This document shows positions 37,870-47,495 of a stretch of 64,000 nt of DNA, piece after piece. The translations under genes and the position numbers were made by a program. The stretch lies in the UHGV virus genome UHGV-2025275; one strand, given 5' to 3'. The notes beneath the pieces were generated by a model. It was not told the origin of the DNA, ran no database searches, and saw only the letters and a list, made by a program, of their open reading frames with translations. Position 1 is the stretch's first letter. Each line of letters opens with the position of its first letter. This DNA is from a virus.

Positions 37870-39429
37870 ATGACTGTTAGGATTGTTTCGAACGCGGTCA
37901 ACGCTATGGTCTCCGGCGCTGATGACAACGTGAAGCGACTCGTCCAGGAAATGCTGAGTTACGAAGTCGAAGCCGGCGACTGGAAAGGCACCAGTACTAT
38001 GTTCAACTGGAGCAAAAATGCCTTCCCCGCGGGTTTTGCCAAATCGGTAGCAGCCAATCTGGTGAAGGCTGGCATCAAATGCGTCCATATTCGCAAAGAC
38101 AAGGTTCCGGCGCTGGGCAAACCAAACCCGGCAGTTAACCCCTTCCCCTATAATCCGGACTATGCGTATCAAGATCAGGCTGTAGAGACACTGGTTCGCG
38201 AAGGAATGATGATTGCGCAGATCGCCACTGGCGGGGGAAAGTCTAACGTGGCTTGCAAAGCCGCGGCGCGTATTGGGCGCATGACGCTGTTTTTAACCAC
38301 CCGCTCTGTACTTATGTTCCAAATGGCAGATAACTTCCAGAAGTCGATAGACTATCGAGCTGAGAATGGCGAACAGTGGCTCAAAGGTCAGAAGGTTGGC
38401 ATCATTGGTTCTGGTGAGTTTCAGGTATCTCGCCATATCAATGTCGCAACAGTGCAAACCCTGGCGAGTTTTCTTGAAGAGCCTCCACGCGATATGCCGG
38501 CGGACAAAAAGGCTTATCATCTTAAGCGCCGGGAGCTGGTTAAGCGTTTCCTCTCAAGTGTCTCACTGCTAATCCTTGAAGAAGCACACGAATCCTCCGG
38601 TTCAAACTTTTATGACATCGCCAGGCTGTGCATTAACGCAGACTATCGTCTGGCGCTGACCGCTACCCCGTTTATGAAAGCTTCAACTGAGGCCAATATG
38701 CGTCTGATGGCTGTTGCTGGACGCATCGAGATAAAGGTCACTGAAAAATATCTGATCGAGCGAGGTATTTTGGCCAAACCCTACTTCGTATACCATAAAA
38801 TCGCGTACACTCCGGATGAGGCTCGTATACGAGCGGAGCTCGCTTTCAAGCATCTGAACTTCAGAGTTGGGATGAGCACGCCGTATCAGAAAGCTTATCA
38901 GCTCGGTATCGTTTACAATATTGGACGTAACGAGGCCGTCGTTCGCGACGCGCTGATGTACCGTGATCATGGACTGAACTGTATGACTCTGGTGAGGATC
39001 AAACGCCACGGTCAGATACTGATGGAAATGATGAAAGAGAGCGGCTTACGGGTAGATTTTATTTACGGTGAATCCAACCAAAGTACCAGACAGGCTAAGC
39101 TCAACAGCCTGGCTGCAGGGAAAATTGATGTGCTGATCGGCTCTACGATACTGGATGTCGGTGTCGATGTGCCAAGTGTTGGCGCCGTAATTCTTGCCGG
39201 AGGAGGCAAGGCCGAAGTCGAAATGCGTCAACGTGTTGGTCGCGGCCTTCGAGCCAAGAAAAATCAGGCAAATGTGTGTTTTATTTCGGATTTTATCGAT
39301 ATAAGCAACAAACACCTGATGTCACACTCATACGAACGAAAACACATTATTGACACCACTCCCGGGTTTGCGGAAGGCGTGTTGCCTGTCGGGAGCAGTT
39401 TTGACTTTGGTGTATTACAAAGAGATTAA
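37870..39429 (+). CDS. SF2 (DEAD/DEAH-type) DNA helicase
   Basis: Start at ATG 37870 (MTVRIV...) with an AAGGAAAG RBS. Motifs: I IATGGGKS; II LILEEAHE; III LTATPF; V-VI VLIGSTILDVGVDVP, RQRVGRGLR. Confidence 0.8.
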   Translation: MTVRIVSNAVNAMVSGADDNVKRLVQEMLSYEVEAGDWKGTSTMFNWSKNAFPAGFAKSVAANLVKAGIKCVHIRKDKVPALGKPNPAVNPFPYNPDYAYQDQAVETLVREGMMIAQIATGGGKSNVACKAAARIGRMTLFLTTRSVLMFQMADNFQKSIDYRAENGEQWLKGQKVGIIGSGEFQVSRHINVATVQTLASFLEEPPRDMPADKKAYHLKRRELVKRFLSSVSLLILEEAHESSGSNFYDIARLCINADYRLALTATPFMKASTEANMRLMAVAGRIEIKVTEKYLIERGILAKPYFVYHKIAYTPDEARIRAELAFKHLNFRVGMSTPYQKAYQLGIVYNIGRNEAVVRDALMYRDHGLNCMTLVRIKRHGQILMEMMKESGLRVDFIYGESNQSTRQAKLNSLAAGKIDVLIGSTILDVGVDVPSVGAVILAGGGKAEVEMRQRVGRGLRAKKNQANVCFISDFIDISNKHLMSHSYERKHIIDTTPGFAEGVLPVGSSFDFGVLQRD

Positions 39430-39431
39430 TT

Positions 39432-39707
39432 ATGACCGAAAATCGCTCAATTTCATGTCAGGTGAAGCTCACCGAAAAAGCCAACGAAAAGCTTGGTTCG
39501 TTCAAAACGCGCCTGAAAGAGCGCAACATCAAAATGTCTAAGTCAGACATCATTAACCTTGTTCTGACCAAGATGAGCACAGCAGAGTTTGAGAAGATCG
39601 CGACCTCGATGGCAGCGGCTGAGAACGCTAGACAGAAAGTGTTGCAGATCTACGAGAACTCCGGGATGACCAAGGAAGACTTGGAAGATATCCTCAAACG
39701 TCTCTAA
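39432..39707 (+). CDS. Small putative RHH/Arc-like regulator
   Basis: 91 aa; its start overlaps the helicase stop. Confidence 0.35.
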   Translation: MTENRSISCQVKLTEKANEKLGSFKTRLKERNIKMSKSDIINLVLTKMSTAEFEKIATSMAAAENARQKVLQIYENSGMTKEDLEDILKRL

Positions 39708-39757
39708 CGCGTACTTACGGAGGGCGTGGGTAAAAAGCTCTCGCCCTCCTCTACCAT

Positions 39758-40195
39758 TTATTTATAGGCTGTTTTCATGATGAACAGCTCTGCCGACACC
39801 GTCACCCCGATCCGATATTCGTCTTGCTTATCTTTTGACACCATGATTTCTCTTTCGGTGTTCATCTTGCCGCACATAATAGACATACCCTGCAGATCTA
39901 CAGACAGAATATGCTCGCCATAAGGCAGGTTTAACTCAACCTTCTCAGATGTTTTGATATCAGCAACTGGCTCACCATCAACAGAAAGCCGGCTGGTACA
40001 AAGCGCACCCTTACTGCCAGAGTCTCGTTTCACGATGATTTTTTGCGTATTCTCTGACGGCGTATTGTATTTGGTCGACAGTATTCTCGACGCTGGGACT
40101 GGGTCGGCAGCACTCGTCCTGACCGCCTGGGTTGAACATCCGGCCACCAGTAAACTGGAGGTTAGCAAAGCTATTAATGCGCACTTGTTCATCAT
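39758..40195 (-). CDS. Lipoprotein (moron-like; candidate superinfection-exclusion or surface protein)
   Basis: MMNKCALIALLTSSLLVAGCSTQ carries a signal peptide with an LVAGC lipobox. It is in opposite orientation to its neighbours. Confidence 0.55.
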   Translation of the reverse strand: MMNKCALIALLTSSLLVAGCSTQAVRTSAADPVPASRILSTKYNTPSENTQKIIVKRDSGSKGALCTSRLSVDGEPVADIKTSEKVELNLPYGEHILSVDLQGMSIMCGKMNTEREIMVSKDKQDEYRIGVTVSAELFIMKTAYK

Positions 40196-40350
40196 TCTTC
40201 ACCATATAGAAACTTGCCTGCAAACTATAACAATTCTAAGTATTTGCAACAAGGTAACGCTTTTTCGCCTGTCAAAACTAAGGAAATAGAAGATAATGGT
40301 GACTCGTACCTTCTGGTAATTTTTATCGCATAACATGAGGCGTTTAAAAT

Positions 40351-40881
40351 ATGCCCAATACCATTACCGATATCACCTACGGGATACCTGCTGAGGTCTG
40401 GCCGCGCGATTACTCAAAAGTAGAGGCGTCGTTGATGTTCTGGCGCAAGGAGCAAATTCCCGTCAAGGTCACGATGGAAGATGGCCAGGTGTTCTGCATG
40501 TACGTTCAGGGGACGATGTCCTCCCGTAACAAGGTAGATCTATGCCCGGCGCCGTTCGACAAAGACAATCGTGTAAGGTTGCCACTTGAGCGAATCAGCA
40601 CTATCGAGTCAGGTGTAAATGACGCTGTCACCCATGATTTCGTTGGTCGCGTAACCGTACATCCAGACTATGTTGATAACCGGCCATCCCGCCGTGATTT
40701 CTTTAAAATTTGCCGCCAGGCCCACGAGAACCAGAAATCAGTAAGGGTCTACATGGCGGACGGCCGCGAAATTGAAGGTGTGTCACTTGGCGTCGACGCT
40801 TGTCAGGTCACACTTGCCGTTGGGAACGGGCGAAAAATGATCGTCCTGTTTGATTGGGTTGAACGAATTCTGCCGTTTTAG
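40351..40881 (+). CDS. Hypothetical protein, possibly made of two similar halves
   Basis: 176 aa; the halves around VKVTMEDGQVFCMYVQG and VRVYMADGREIEGVSLG look similar. Confidence 0.4.
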   Translation: MPNTITDITYGIPAEVWPRDYSKVEASLMFWRKEQIPVKVTMEDGQVFCMYVQGTMSSRNKVDLCPAPFDKDNRVRLPLERISTIESGVNDAVTHDFVGRVTVHPDYVDNRPSRRDFFKICRQAHENQKSVRVYMADGREIEGVSLGVDACQVTLAVGNGRKMIVLFDWVERILPF

Positions 40882-40890
40882 GATATTGAT

Positions 40891-41190
40891 GTGAAAACTG
40901 TAGCAGCATTAACATTCTTAACTTTCATTTTTAGCTCTTCCGCATTTTCTCAAGAAAATAGCATTGAACGAGCTCAACGTGTCACTACAAAGGTGTGTTC
41001 AAAGGCGGAAGACTACGATTTGTGCATGTTAGAGCTAAGCATGGCTTTAGGCGCTGCATATCAAGATGGACTGATCGTTTCGGGATGCAAGTTGGGGCTT
41101 GATGAGCCTTCGAAAGACAAATGCGAAAACTCGGAACGTTTTGGGGAGTATATAATAAAAGAAATCAGGAACTATGCAAAAAAGATGTAA
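40891..41190 (+). CDS. Small secreted Cys-containing protein (moron-like, AT-rich codon usage)
   Basis: Signal peptide MKTVAALTFLTFIFSSSAFSQ and 5 Cys. Followed by a terminator at 41204-41236 (AATAACCGG ctatgt CCGGTTATT TATTTAT). Confidence 0.5.
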   Translation: MKTVAALTFLTFIFSSSAFSQENSIERAQRVTTKVCSKAEDYDLCMLELSMALGAAYQDGLIVSGCKLGLDEPSKDKCENSERFGEYIIKEIRNYAKKM

Positions 41191-41513
41191 ATTCCTATAA
41201 GGGTAATAACCGGCTATGTCCGGTTATTATTTATGGGTCATTTCCCGATAAATTAAATCACCATAAGTATGGTCAGAGCTAAATATATAAGGGTAATACA
41301 CCGAGTACGGAATTTATTTAGGCAACACCTTCGAGAAAACGCTATTTATTTCTAAGACTTTGATTTATTTGTGAAATAAATTTTTTATCACCCCTTTCGA
41401 AAAACGCTTGATTTTATTTTTTGTATGTCGATAATTACTTACATCGAAAGCAAACATGCTGACGATAGACGAAAAACAAAATAAGTTTTCAATATTACAT
41501 AAGGATTAAAATC

Positions 41514-42164
41514 ATGTCTAACGTAACCATTTCTAAAAAATCCATCATTGATGCTGCTGTAGTTATCACTGACGAATTACAATTAAAAGCAGATCAAGCT
41601 ACACAGACTTACAACGAACATTATCAGAATGGCACGCACACCAAAGCAGATAAAGCTAACATGCTTGCAGCGTCTACTAAACTTGCATACTTTGTGAATA
41701 ACGTTGTAAACGCAGTAAACGACGATAAGCTGTCTGGTGTTTTCTACTACGCGATTAAAGCAAGCAAGCAAACGCCAGAAGTGTTTTTCCGCGAAGCGAT
41801 GACAAATAGCTACTCTCTCGAAAAGCTGGTTTATCTGGTTAAATCTATCAAGTCTGGTAAATGTGTGTATTCAGTCGCTGATATGTCCGGATCTCGCGTA
41901 TTCGCTTTAATCGATATGATTAACGATGAGATCGACACGTTCACAAATGGTGCTGTTTTCGATTTGATGAATGAAGCAAAACAAGCAAATGAAATTAAGT
42001 TAGATGCAGGATATACGCAAGCCAACCAGCTGATTAATCTGTGTGAACGTCTGGGACTGGTCGAGAAGATTAAAGGAATGGGCGCTGCCAAAAACGGATC
42101 GCAGCAATATCGCTTTATCAAAAATGATTTTTATAACTATCTGGCTGACGCTTTCAAAGCATAA
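41514..42164 (+). CDS. Hypothetical protein in the AT-rich accessory island
   Basis: 216 aa, preceded by a 320-bp AT-rich region with direct repeats, and followed by a terminator (AGCGCCCA cta TGGGCGCT) at 42177-42201. Confidence 0.45.
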   Translation: MSNVTISKKSIIDAAVVITDELQLKADQATQTYNEHYQNGTHTKADKANMLAASTKLAYFVNNVVNAVNDDKLSGVFYYAIKASKQTPEVFFREAMTNSYSLEKLVYLVKSIKSGKCVYSVADMSGSRVFALIDMINDEIDTFTNGAVFDLMNEAKQANEIKLDAGYTQANQLINLCERLGLVEKIKGMGAAKNGSQQYRFIKNDFYNYLADAFKA

Positions 42165-42214
42165 GTAGACGGATTCAGCGCCCACTATGGGCGCTAGTTT
42201 TAAGGATAAAAATC

Positions 42215-42418
42215 ATGATTAGCTATGACCAGATCCGCGCGGAGTATCGCGCTAAATATCGCGCTTATAAACTTGAACTCATCGACGAATTAAGCGCCCA
42301 GCGTGACGCGCTAAACTTTACGTTCTCTGATTTGCTTAACAGCAAGCGAGACTGTAAACGGAAAAGAGAATATTTGCGCTTGTCTGAAATGATCGGAAAG
42401 TTGCAAAACAGCATTTAG
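42215..42418 (+). CDS. Small hypothetical protein
   Basis: 67 aa, followed by a second copy of the AGCGCCCA cta TGGGCGCT TTTT terminator (42424-42447). Confidence 0.4.
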   Translation: MISYDQIRAEYRAKYRAYKLELIDELSAQRDALNFTFSDLLNSKRDCKRKREYLRLSEMIGKLQNSI

Positions 42419-42840
42419 CCACCAGCGCCCACTATGGGCGCTTTTTCCGTTTCAGGATCTCCACCATAACGCGCCAACAATGGCGCGTTTTCTTTTATCT
42501 GGCGTTCACTCATTCACACCAAAAATAAGCGCCATAAACGCGCCAATTTAACGCTTTTTTACGTGTGGTAGTACATACCCATTACACACAGTAAAAAACA
42601 CGTTATAGCGCGTTTAAAAGCGTTTTAGCGCGTGGCTTATTTTGTCGTGTCGTGGGCGTGATCGTCTGGTGACGCGATCCGCGCTATCCTTCGGGGCGTG
42701 TCGGCAATATTGGCGCGATCCGTGGGCGCTCACGTATCATTAGCACGTTGGCGCAACGTGTACGCGCTAACAATGCAGCGCTGGACGTATGGCGCAAAAA
42801 TAGCTTATGTCCACCAGCTGGCGACGATTCTGGCGTCTCC

Positions 42841-42995
42841 CTCTATACAAATTTTTCCCATGAGGCGACCCCCGCCGTTTCCCGAAAATTTTCTGGCCGT
42901 TTCCCGTCGGTTGCCCGGATGGCTTTCTGCCCGTTCCTGAATTTCCCTGCGGGAGCTGGTGGACGGAAAGAAAGGGGCATTTCCAGCCCCCTCCC
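42841..42995. repeat. Roughly 150-bp direct-repeat region R1, containing GCCGTTTCCCGAAAA-type sub-repeats
   Basis: CTCTATAC...CCATGAGG...GCCGTTTCCCGAAAA...GCCGTTTCCCGTCGG...CCCGTTCCTGAA...TTCCCTGCGGGAG...GAAAGGGGC...CCCCCTCCCCTCT. A paralogous copy is at 45841-46075. Confidence 0.7.
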
Positions 42996-42998
42996 CTC

Positions 42999-43481
42999 TT
43001 ACTTGCCAGCCAGTATGTGAATCCGATTACTGGCTGGCATCTCTTTCACGAACTCCCCGCAAGTGACCTTCCAGGAGTCGATACCGGCTTCGTAAATGAC
43101 GTTTTTGCACTTAAGAGCATTGTCAGCGATCCGCACACCCTGAGCGGTTGCTTCCTGGTCTGTAAAGTCGAACCCTGACTCTGTTTTGATCCACACAGCA
43201 ATCTGTGTTGCGAGCTCGATGAGTTTTGACTGACAGAACCGCCCGCTTCGAACCGGGAAGATAAACACCCCGAATCCTGAGGTGGTGACATAAGCTTTTT
43301 CGAAGACACGCGTGAATCGACGGTTGCAAATGATGTCGTTGGCGATCTGCTGCTTCTCTTTCCCGGACAGCTGGATGGTCTCTTCTTCGCGCCAGGCGCC
43401 CAGGATGTTCTTTTCAATATCGGAGTATGTGACAGAGATGGTGCCATGCGCGGGAGTGTTTACAGTGGCGATATAGTTCAT
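42999..43481 (-). CDS. Early hypothetical protein
   Basis: 160 aa; its own copy of the early promoter-like element (43496-43531) sits directly upstream. Confidence 0.5.
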   Translation of the reverse strand: MNYIATVNTPAHGTISVTYSDIEKNILGAWREEETIQLSGKEKQQIANDIICNRRFTRVFEKAYVTTSGFGVFIFPVRSGRFCQSKLIELATQIAVWIKTESGFDFTDQEATAQGVRIADNALKCKNVIYEAGIDSWKVTCGEFVKEMPASNRIHILAGK

Positions 43482-43495
43482 TGTGATAATCCTTT

Positions 43496-43531
43496 AAACA
43501 ACTTGTTTTCTCGTTGGTTTAATTATCGCAA
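43496..43531 (-). promoter_or_regulatory. Early-gene upstream element copy
   Basis: TAAACAACTTGTTTTCTCGTTGGTTTAATTATCGCAA on +. On the minus strand this reads TTGCGATAAT (an extended -10-like TGn-GATAAT) followed by the AAACAAGTTGTTTA dyad. Confidence 0.5.
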
Positions 43532-43686
43532 TGGGTGTGAGGCGTCCAAGCGTTCTGTTTCGGCAGCTGGTGGCCGTCGGGAAGTCGGTGGGTGTTTCGG
43601 TAGCCTGGCGGTAAGAGGTGGGTGTTTTTAGCCTGCGGGAAAGCAGGTGGTAATTGAGGGCCACCAGCATCGGTGGCCCTCCCCTC

Positions 43687-43968
43687 TCAATGAAGTAATC
43701 CGATGTCGATGGTGTCGCCTGAATCTGTCACGCGGATCATCAGCATAGCGAAGGCATTCAGTGGATAGCCGGCGTGCCATTCCGGGAAGCGGTCATCGCG
43801 CATGAAATCGGCAATGTCATAAACGCTATCCTGATAATGGAAGAAGCGGGAGCTGGTTTGTTCGTCCGGTTCGACGTGATCCATTTCTTTCTGCTCGGCC
43901 GGCGACAGGTCAAGCCAGGATTCCAGCCATACGTTTTCTGCTTTCGGGGAGATGGTGAAATCGGTCAT
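43687..43968 (-). CDS. Early hypothetical protein
   Basis: 93 aa with a GAGGAAA RBS. Promoter element copy at 43989-44023 plus a partial second copy at 44037-44060. Confidence 0.5.
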   Translation of the reverse strand: MTDFTISPKAENVWLESWLDLSPAEQKEMDHVEPDEQTSSRFFHYQDSVYDIADFMRDDRFPEWHAGYPLNAFAMLMIRVTDSGDTIDIGLLH

Positions 43969-44094
43969 GTTCGTTTCCTCACTGCGTTAATAACTTGTTT
44001 TCTTGTTGGTGTTATTATCGCAACGCAGGAGAGGCATAAAACAACTTGTTTACGGGTTGGGGAAAATGGCGCGGGTTACGCGCCATTGGCTGGT

Positions 44095-44502
44095 TTACTG
44101 GACGTTGTAGACGGACTCAGGCAGATACTCTTCCAGAGAGCCGCCAGACACAATGGTAATGCCGTATGAACCAACCCAGGTATTGTTGGCGCCCAGGTTG
44201 CCCTCGATCATATCCTGAACCTGTGCCATCAGGTTTTCGAAAATGGTCTTCGGGTCTGTTCGATAATAGGCTTCAATGGCGGCCAGCAGAGTGTCCGAAC
44301 CATTTTTCACTGACTGCTCGCCGACGGCATAAACCTTCGAGCGATCTCGCTTAAGAGTTGTGCGGGCCAGCTGGGTGGTCACATGCGGAACAGCCGATGC
44401 ATCACGGAACTGAACGGTCAGCTGGGCCAGTTTATTGCCTTCTTCGTCAGTGCTGGATGCGTAGTAAAGGTCAAATACTAAATCTTCTTTGGTCAAACTC
44501 AT
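44095..44502 (-). CDS. Early hypothetical protein
   Basis: Start at MSLTKEDL (ATG 44502) with a GGAGG RBS. The first 20 codons of the track ORF are the translated palindrome 44540-44560. Confidence 0.5.
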   Translation of the reverse strand: MSLTKEDLVFDLYYASSTDEEGNKLAQLTVQFRDASAVPHVTTQLARTTLKRDRSKVYAVGEQSVKNGSDTLLAAIEAYYRTDPKTIFENLMAQVQDMIEGNLGANNTWVGSYGITIVSGGSLEEYLPESVYNVQ

Positions 44503-44560
44503 TTTTACCTCCATGTAAATGCGTCGTAATACTATCGCCGTAGGTAAGTACTTACAATAC

Positions 44561-44592
44561 AAAAAAGCCCCGAAGGATCGACGGGGCTGTCG
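44561..44592 (-). terminator. Rho-independent terminator (minus strand) after gene 44622-44933
   Basis: On the minus strand: GCCCCGUCGAUCCUUCGGGGC UUUUUUG. Confidence 0.7.
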
Positions 44593-44621
44593 TAAATTCG
44601 ACTAATCTGTGTTGCACATGA

Positions 44622-44933
44622 CTATGCAATGGCGAGGGTTGTTGCGCGTTGAATTTCCTGCTGGGCGACCTTGTTAACTTCCAGTAAAGCCAACTCCAGA
44701 TCTGACTCAGGCCAGATAACTTGTTTAGCTACCCACCCTTTCCCACTATGGCGCCGGACGTTCATTACGATGCGCTTGCGAGAAGTTTCGCCGAAGACGA
44801 CAACGGTTTCTTTGAAAAGTCGGATGGCTGTGCCGTTGGCCACTATGTCCACTAAAGTGATCGAACCGAGTACTGCAGGTTTGTCTTTGCGAGGCTGGAG
44901 TTTATCCAGTTTCAAAATCATCTCGGTATTCAT
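44622..44933 (-). CDS. Early hypothetical protein
   Basis: 104 aa from MNTEMILKL.... Promoter element copy 44946-44980 directly upstream. Confidence 0.5.
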   Translation of the reverse strand: MNTEMILKLDKLQPRKDKPAVLGSITLVDIVANGTAIRLFKETVVVFGETSRKRIVMNVRRHSGKGWVAKQVIWPESDLELALLEVNKVAQQEIQRATTLAIA

Positions 44934-45069
44934 TACACACTCCGTAAACAACTTGTTTTCTTGTTGGTGTAAATAATACCAGTGTGAAAACGGCCACCAA
45001 GCGAAGCGTTCCGGCATTCCGCTGGCCGCAGGCTACATTCATTAAAAAGCCACCTGCTGGTGGCCATCG

Positions 45070-45282
45070 TTAATCTTCGTCAGGGAACTCCTCTTTCACT
45101 GCGGCCACCAGCTCCCGCTTCTCTTCATCAGTCAGCAGGTGCCAAACATCCTTCCCTTTGGGTGACTCTCCCTTAGCTGGTACAAACGACCATAATTTAC
45201 GGGTTAGTGCTGGCCCTACGCCATCAAGACACTCAGCCAGCGAGTCCACGCTCCATACTTCCACAATCACAGGCATATCCAT
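45070..45282 (-). CDS. Small acidic early protein
   Basis: 70-aa ORF. Confidence 0.4.
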   Translation of the reverse strand: MDMPVIVEVWSVDSLAECLDGVGPALTRKLWSFVPAKGESPKGKDVWHLLTDEEKRELVAAVKEEFPDED

Positions 45283-45294
45283 TGTCTCTCTCCT

Positions 45295-45513
45295 TTATCT
45301 GGACTCTGACGTGGTGCAGTTCCACGCGACGGACATTGCGTTGTCCTCGATATGAAAATCAAACGTGCCCTCGCGATACCCTTCGCCAATCAGCGTACCA
45401 ATGCGCCCAGCGACATCCGCAGAGCGGATAACGTCATCCAGAGAGATCTGGAGTTCGTCAGTAAATGTCTCTTCTCCGCAAAGGGTGATGCTGATGTTCA
45501 AATGCTTGTACAT
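45295..45513 (-). CDS. Small early protein
   Basis: 72 aa; promoter element copy 45531-45566 directly upstream. Confidence 0.45.
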   Translation of the reverse strand: MYKHLNISITLCGEETFTDELQISLDDVIRSADVAGRIGTLIGEGYREGTFDFHIEDNAMSVAWNCTTSESR

Positions 45514-45840
45514 GTTTTTCTCCTTTGTCTAAACACGTTGTTTTCTTGTTGGTGTTATTATCGCAATAAGACATAGGCGAAAAAGCATTTTGTATCGGGG
45601 AGAACTGGAAAACAGTGAGTATCCGGGAGCGTATCGGGAGCGCTTTTTACATTATTCTTCTCAACGCGCACCGCAGGGCTGGTGGGCAGTATTTTCCTCT
45701 TCCCGAAAACCTACTGAAACAGCTTGTGACCCTCGAACGCTCTGGCAGAATACGTATCAGCAGCTGCGCGCAGCGGGAAGAAAGCCACCCGCGCACCAAA
45801 GGGTGTACCGCCAGAGAATCAGCCGTCCCCGCGGCATTTT

Positions 45841-46075
45841 GTCTCTATACCGGCACACACCCTTTCCATGACGGGAACCCAGCCGTTTCCCGAAAAACCT
45901 CCAACCGTTTCCACTCAGGGAGCCCGCCTTTCCCCTGCGGGGACGCTCCCGATAGATTTTCGCGGTGGCCCTTTCACTCGTTCGACCGCAGGGATGTTAC
46001 GGGGGATAAAATCAGGACTTGAATAAATACGGGAAAGGGAGCGATCCCCCTCCATCCTCTCTCTCTTATATCTGT
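45841..46075. repeat. Direct-repeat region R2 (paralog of R1)
   Basis: GTCTCTATAC...CCATGACGGGAACCCAGCCGTTTCCCGAAAAACC...CCGTTTCCACTC...TTCCCCTGCGGGG...GGGAAAGGGAGCGATCCCCCTCCATCCTCTCTCTC. Confidence 0.7.
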
Positions 46076-47090
46076 GTTCTTTCCTGACTCGAATAACCTC
46101 TCTTATGGGGACTCGTATCTCTCTTATTAGCGCTCTATACGGTGACCATTCGTATGGGAGAAAAGGCGACTTTCTTCTCTCTGCCGGTAAGTGGTTTTGC
46201 AGATGTTGTAGAGGTGGTTGTCTTGTGGTTTTCCTCTGGTCTGTATTCTTCGTTTTGGGGATAGTTCTTCTCTGTGTATGGAGTGATGGCGTGTGCGCTT
46301 TTCCTTTCGTTTACCTTGAGAGGTGGAAGTGTGGGTGATGTGGTTTCTGGTCTGTTGTCGTTCTCCGCATGTGAAGTAATGGCGTTCTCTGCTTATCAGG
46401 AATTTGCGTTATCTTTCGGGGTAAGAGTGGGTAAACGAGATGGCGCCGGGTACTGTTCTGGCCTGGTCTTGTCTGGAGTTTCTTCCCGGGTATTCTCTTC
46501 CGTGTATTGGGGAATGGCGTTCAGAGAAATTGCCTTTCTCTCGTCGCTATTCAGTGGTGGTCGAGGTTTGTTTCATGGGGTCGGTAGCCTGGGGCAAAGA
46601 GGTTGGTCTTTTCGGTAGCCTGGCTGGAAGAGGTGGGTATTGCCTGGGTGTGGGGTAATGGCAGTTCCTTTTCTTCGTTATCTTGTTTTGTTGTTTTCTT
46701 ATTTCCTAAAACAATTTGTTTATATGCTCATTAAACGCAACGAGAGCCATTCTGAGCGTGTCTGTTTTGTGGTGCTATCAGGAGTCGTTTTTGGCGTTTT
46801 CGTCGCAGGGTGTTGGTCTCTGGTACGCTTCTTAACGGATATAAGAAGTGGCATGGCAAAACGTCAACTTTCGAGACCAAATCAGGGTAAAGCGTTGACT
46901 TTTCATTGATGTGTTATTTATTTGTTTTCTTGTGGGTGTTATGTGCGTAAAAGCCTTGCCGCGCCTGGAGTGTATGAGGTTGGAGGGTAGGGAAGAAGGG
47001 CGATCAACGAGTTCTTATAGAAATCCTCAATTAGTGACCGCCAATGTCAACGTGTTGCAGGCTATGGCTGCGCGTTAACTATCCGCCAGG

Positions 47091-47495
47091 CTATCGCATA
47101 GAGCTGCTCTCTAACTTCCGTATCCATCCCCACTCATTGGCCAGTGCCTTTAACTCAGCTGGTATGTTGTCAAATACGGTGGCTATAAGGAGATGATCAG
47201 GTAGCTTACCCAGCTCGGCATCACGATCAACAGGAACCACGTCGTAAGCGGCATCCAGTATCATCTTGATATTGGCGATCGCCGCTTCGAAGATGTTGAA
47301 TGTACGCAGTTCATCTGCCCAGCTATTGTCACGCATTCCGGCACGAACAATCCAATCATATTCTGTGCCGTGTGCCCAGTTCAGTCCGCGATCGGTGATT
47401 GGGTCAAAACAGGCAATTGGCAGTTGTTCAAAGTCTTCCGCGGTAACGTGCGCAGTGCTGATAATAGCTGTCTTGTAGGCTTCAGTAATTTTCAA
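47091..47495 (-). CDS. Early hypothetical protein
   Basis: 134 aa; promoter element copy 47513-47551 directly upstream. Confidence 0.5.
   Translation of the reverse strand: MKITEAYKTAIISTAHVTAEDFEQLPIACFDPITDRGLNWAHGTEYDWIVRAGMRDNSWADELRTFNIFEAAIANIKMILDAAYDVVPVDRDAELGKLPDHLLIATVFDNIPAELKALANEWGWIRKLESSSMR

Noticed and set aside
42698-43020. Two overlapping + ORFs (80 and 90 aa)
   Set aside because: They lie in the repeat R1 / palindrome-rich regulatory region and the sequence is repeat-derived.
45590-46909. Several + ORFs (93-135 aa) in the R2 / GT-rich region
   Set aside because: Their proteins are dominated by G, V, F, S, W, C and R runs because of extreme strand composition. They have no RBS and overlap each other in different frames. 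Treated as non-coding.
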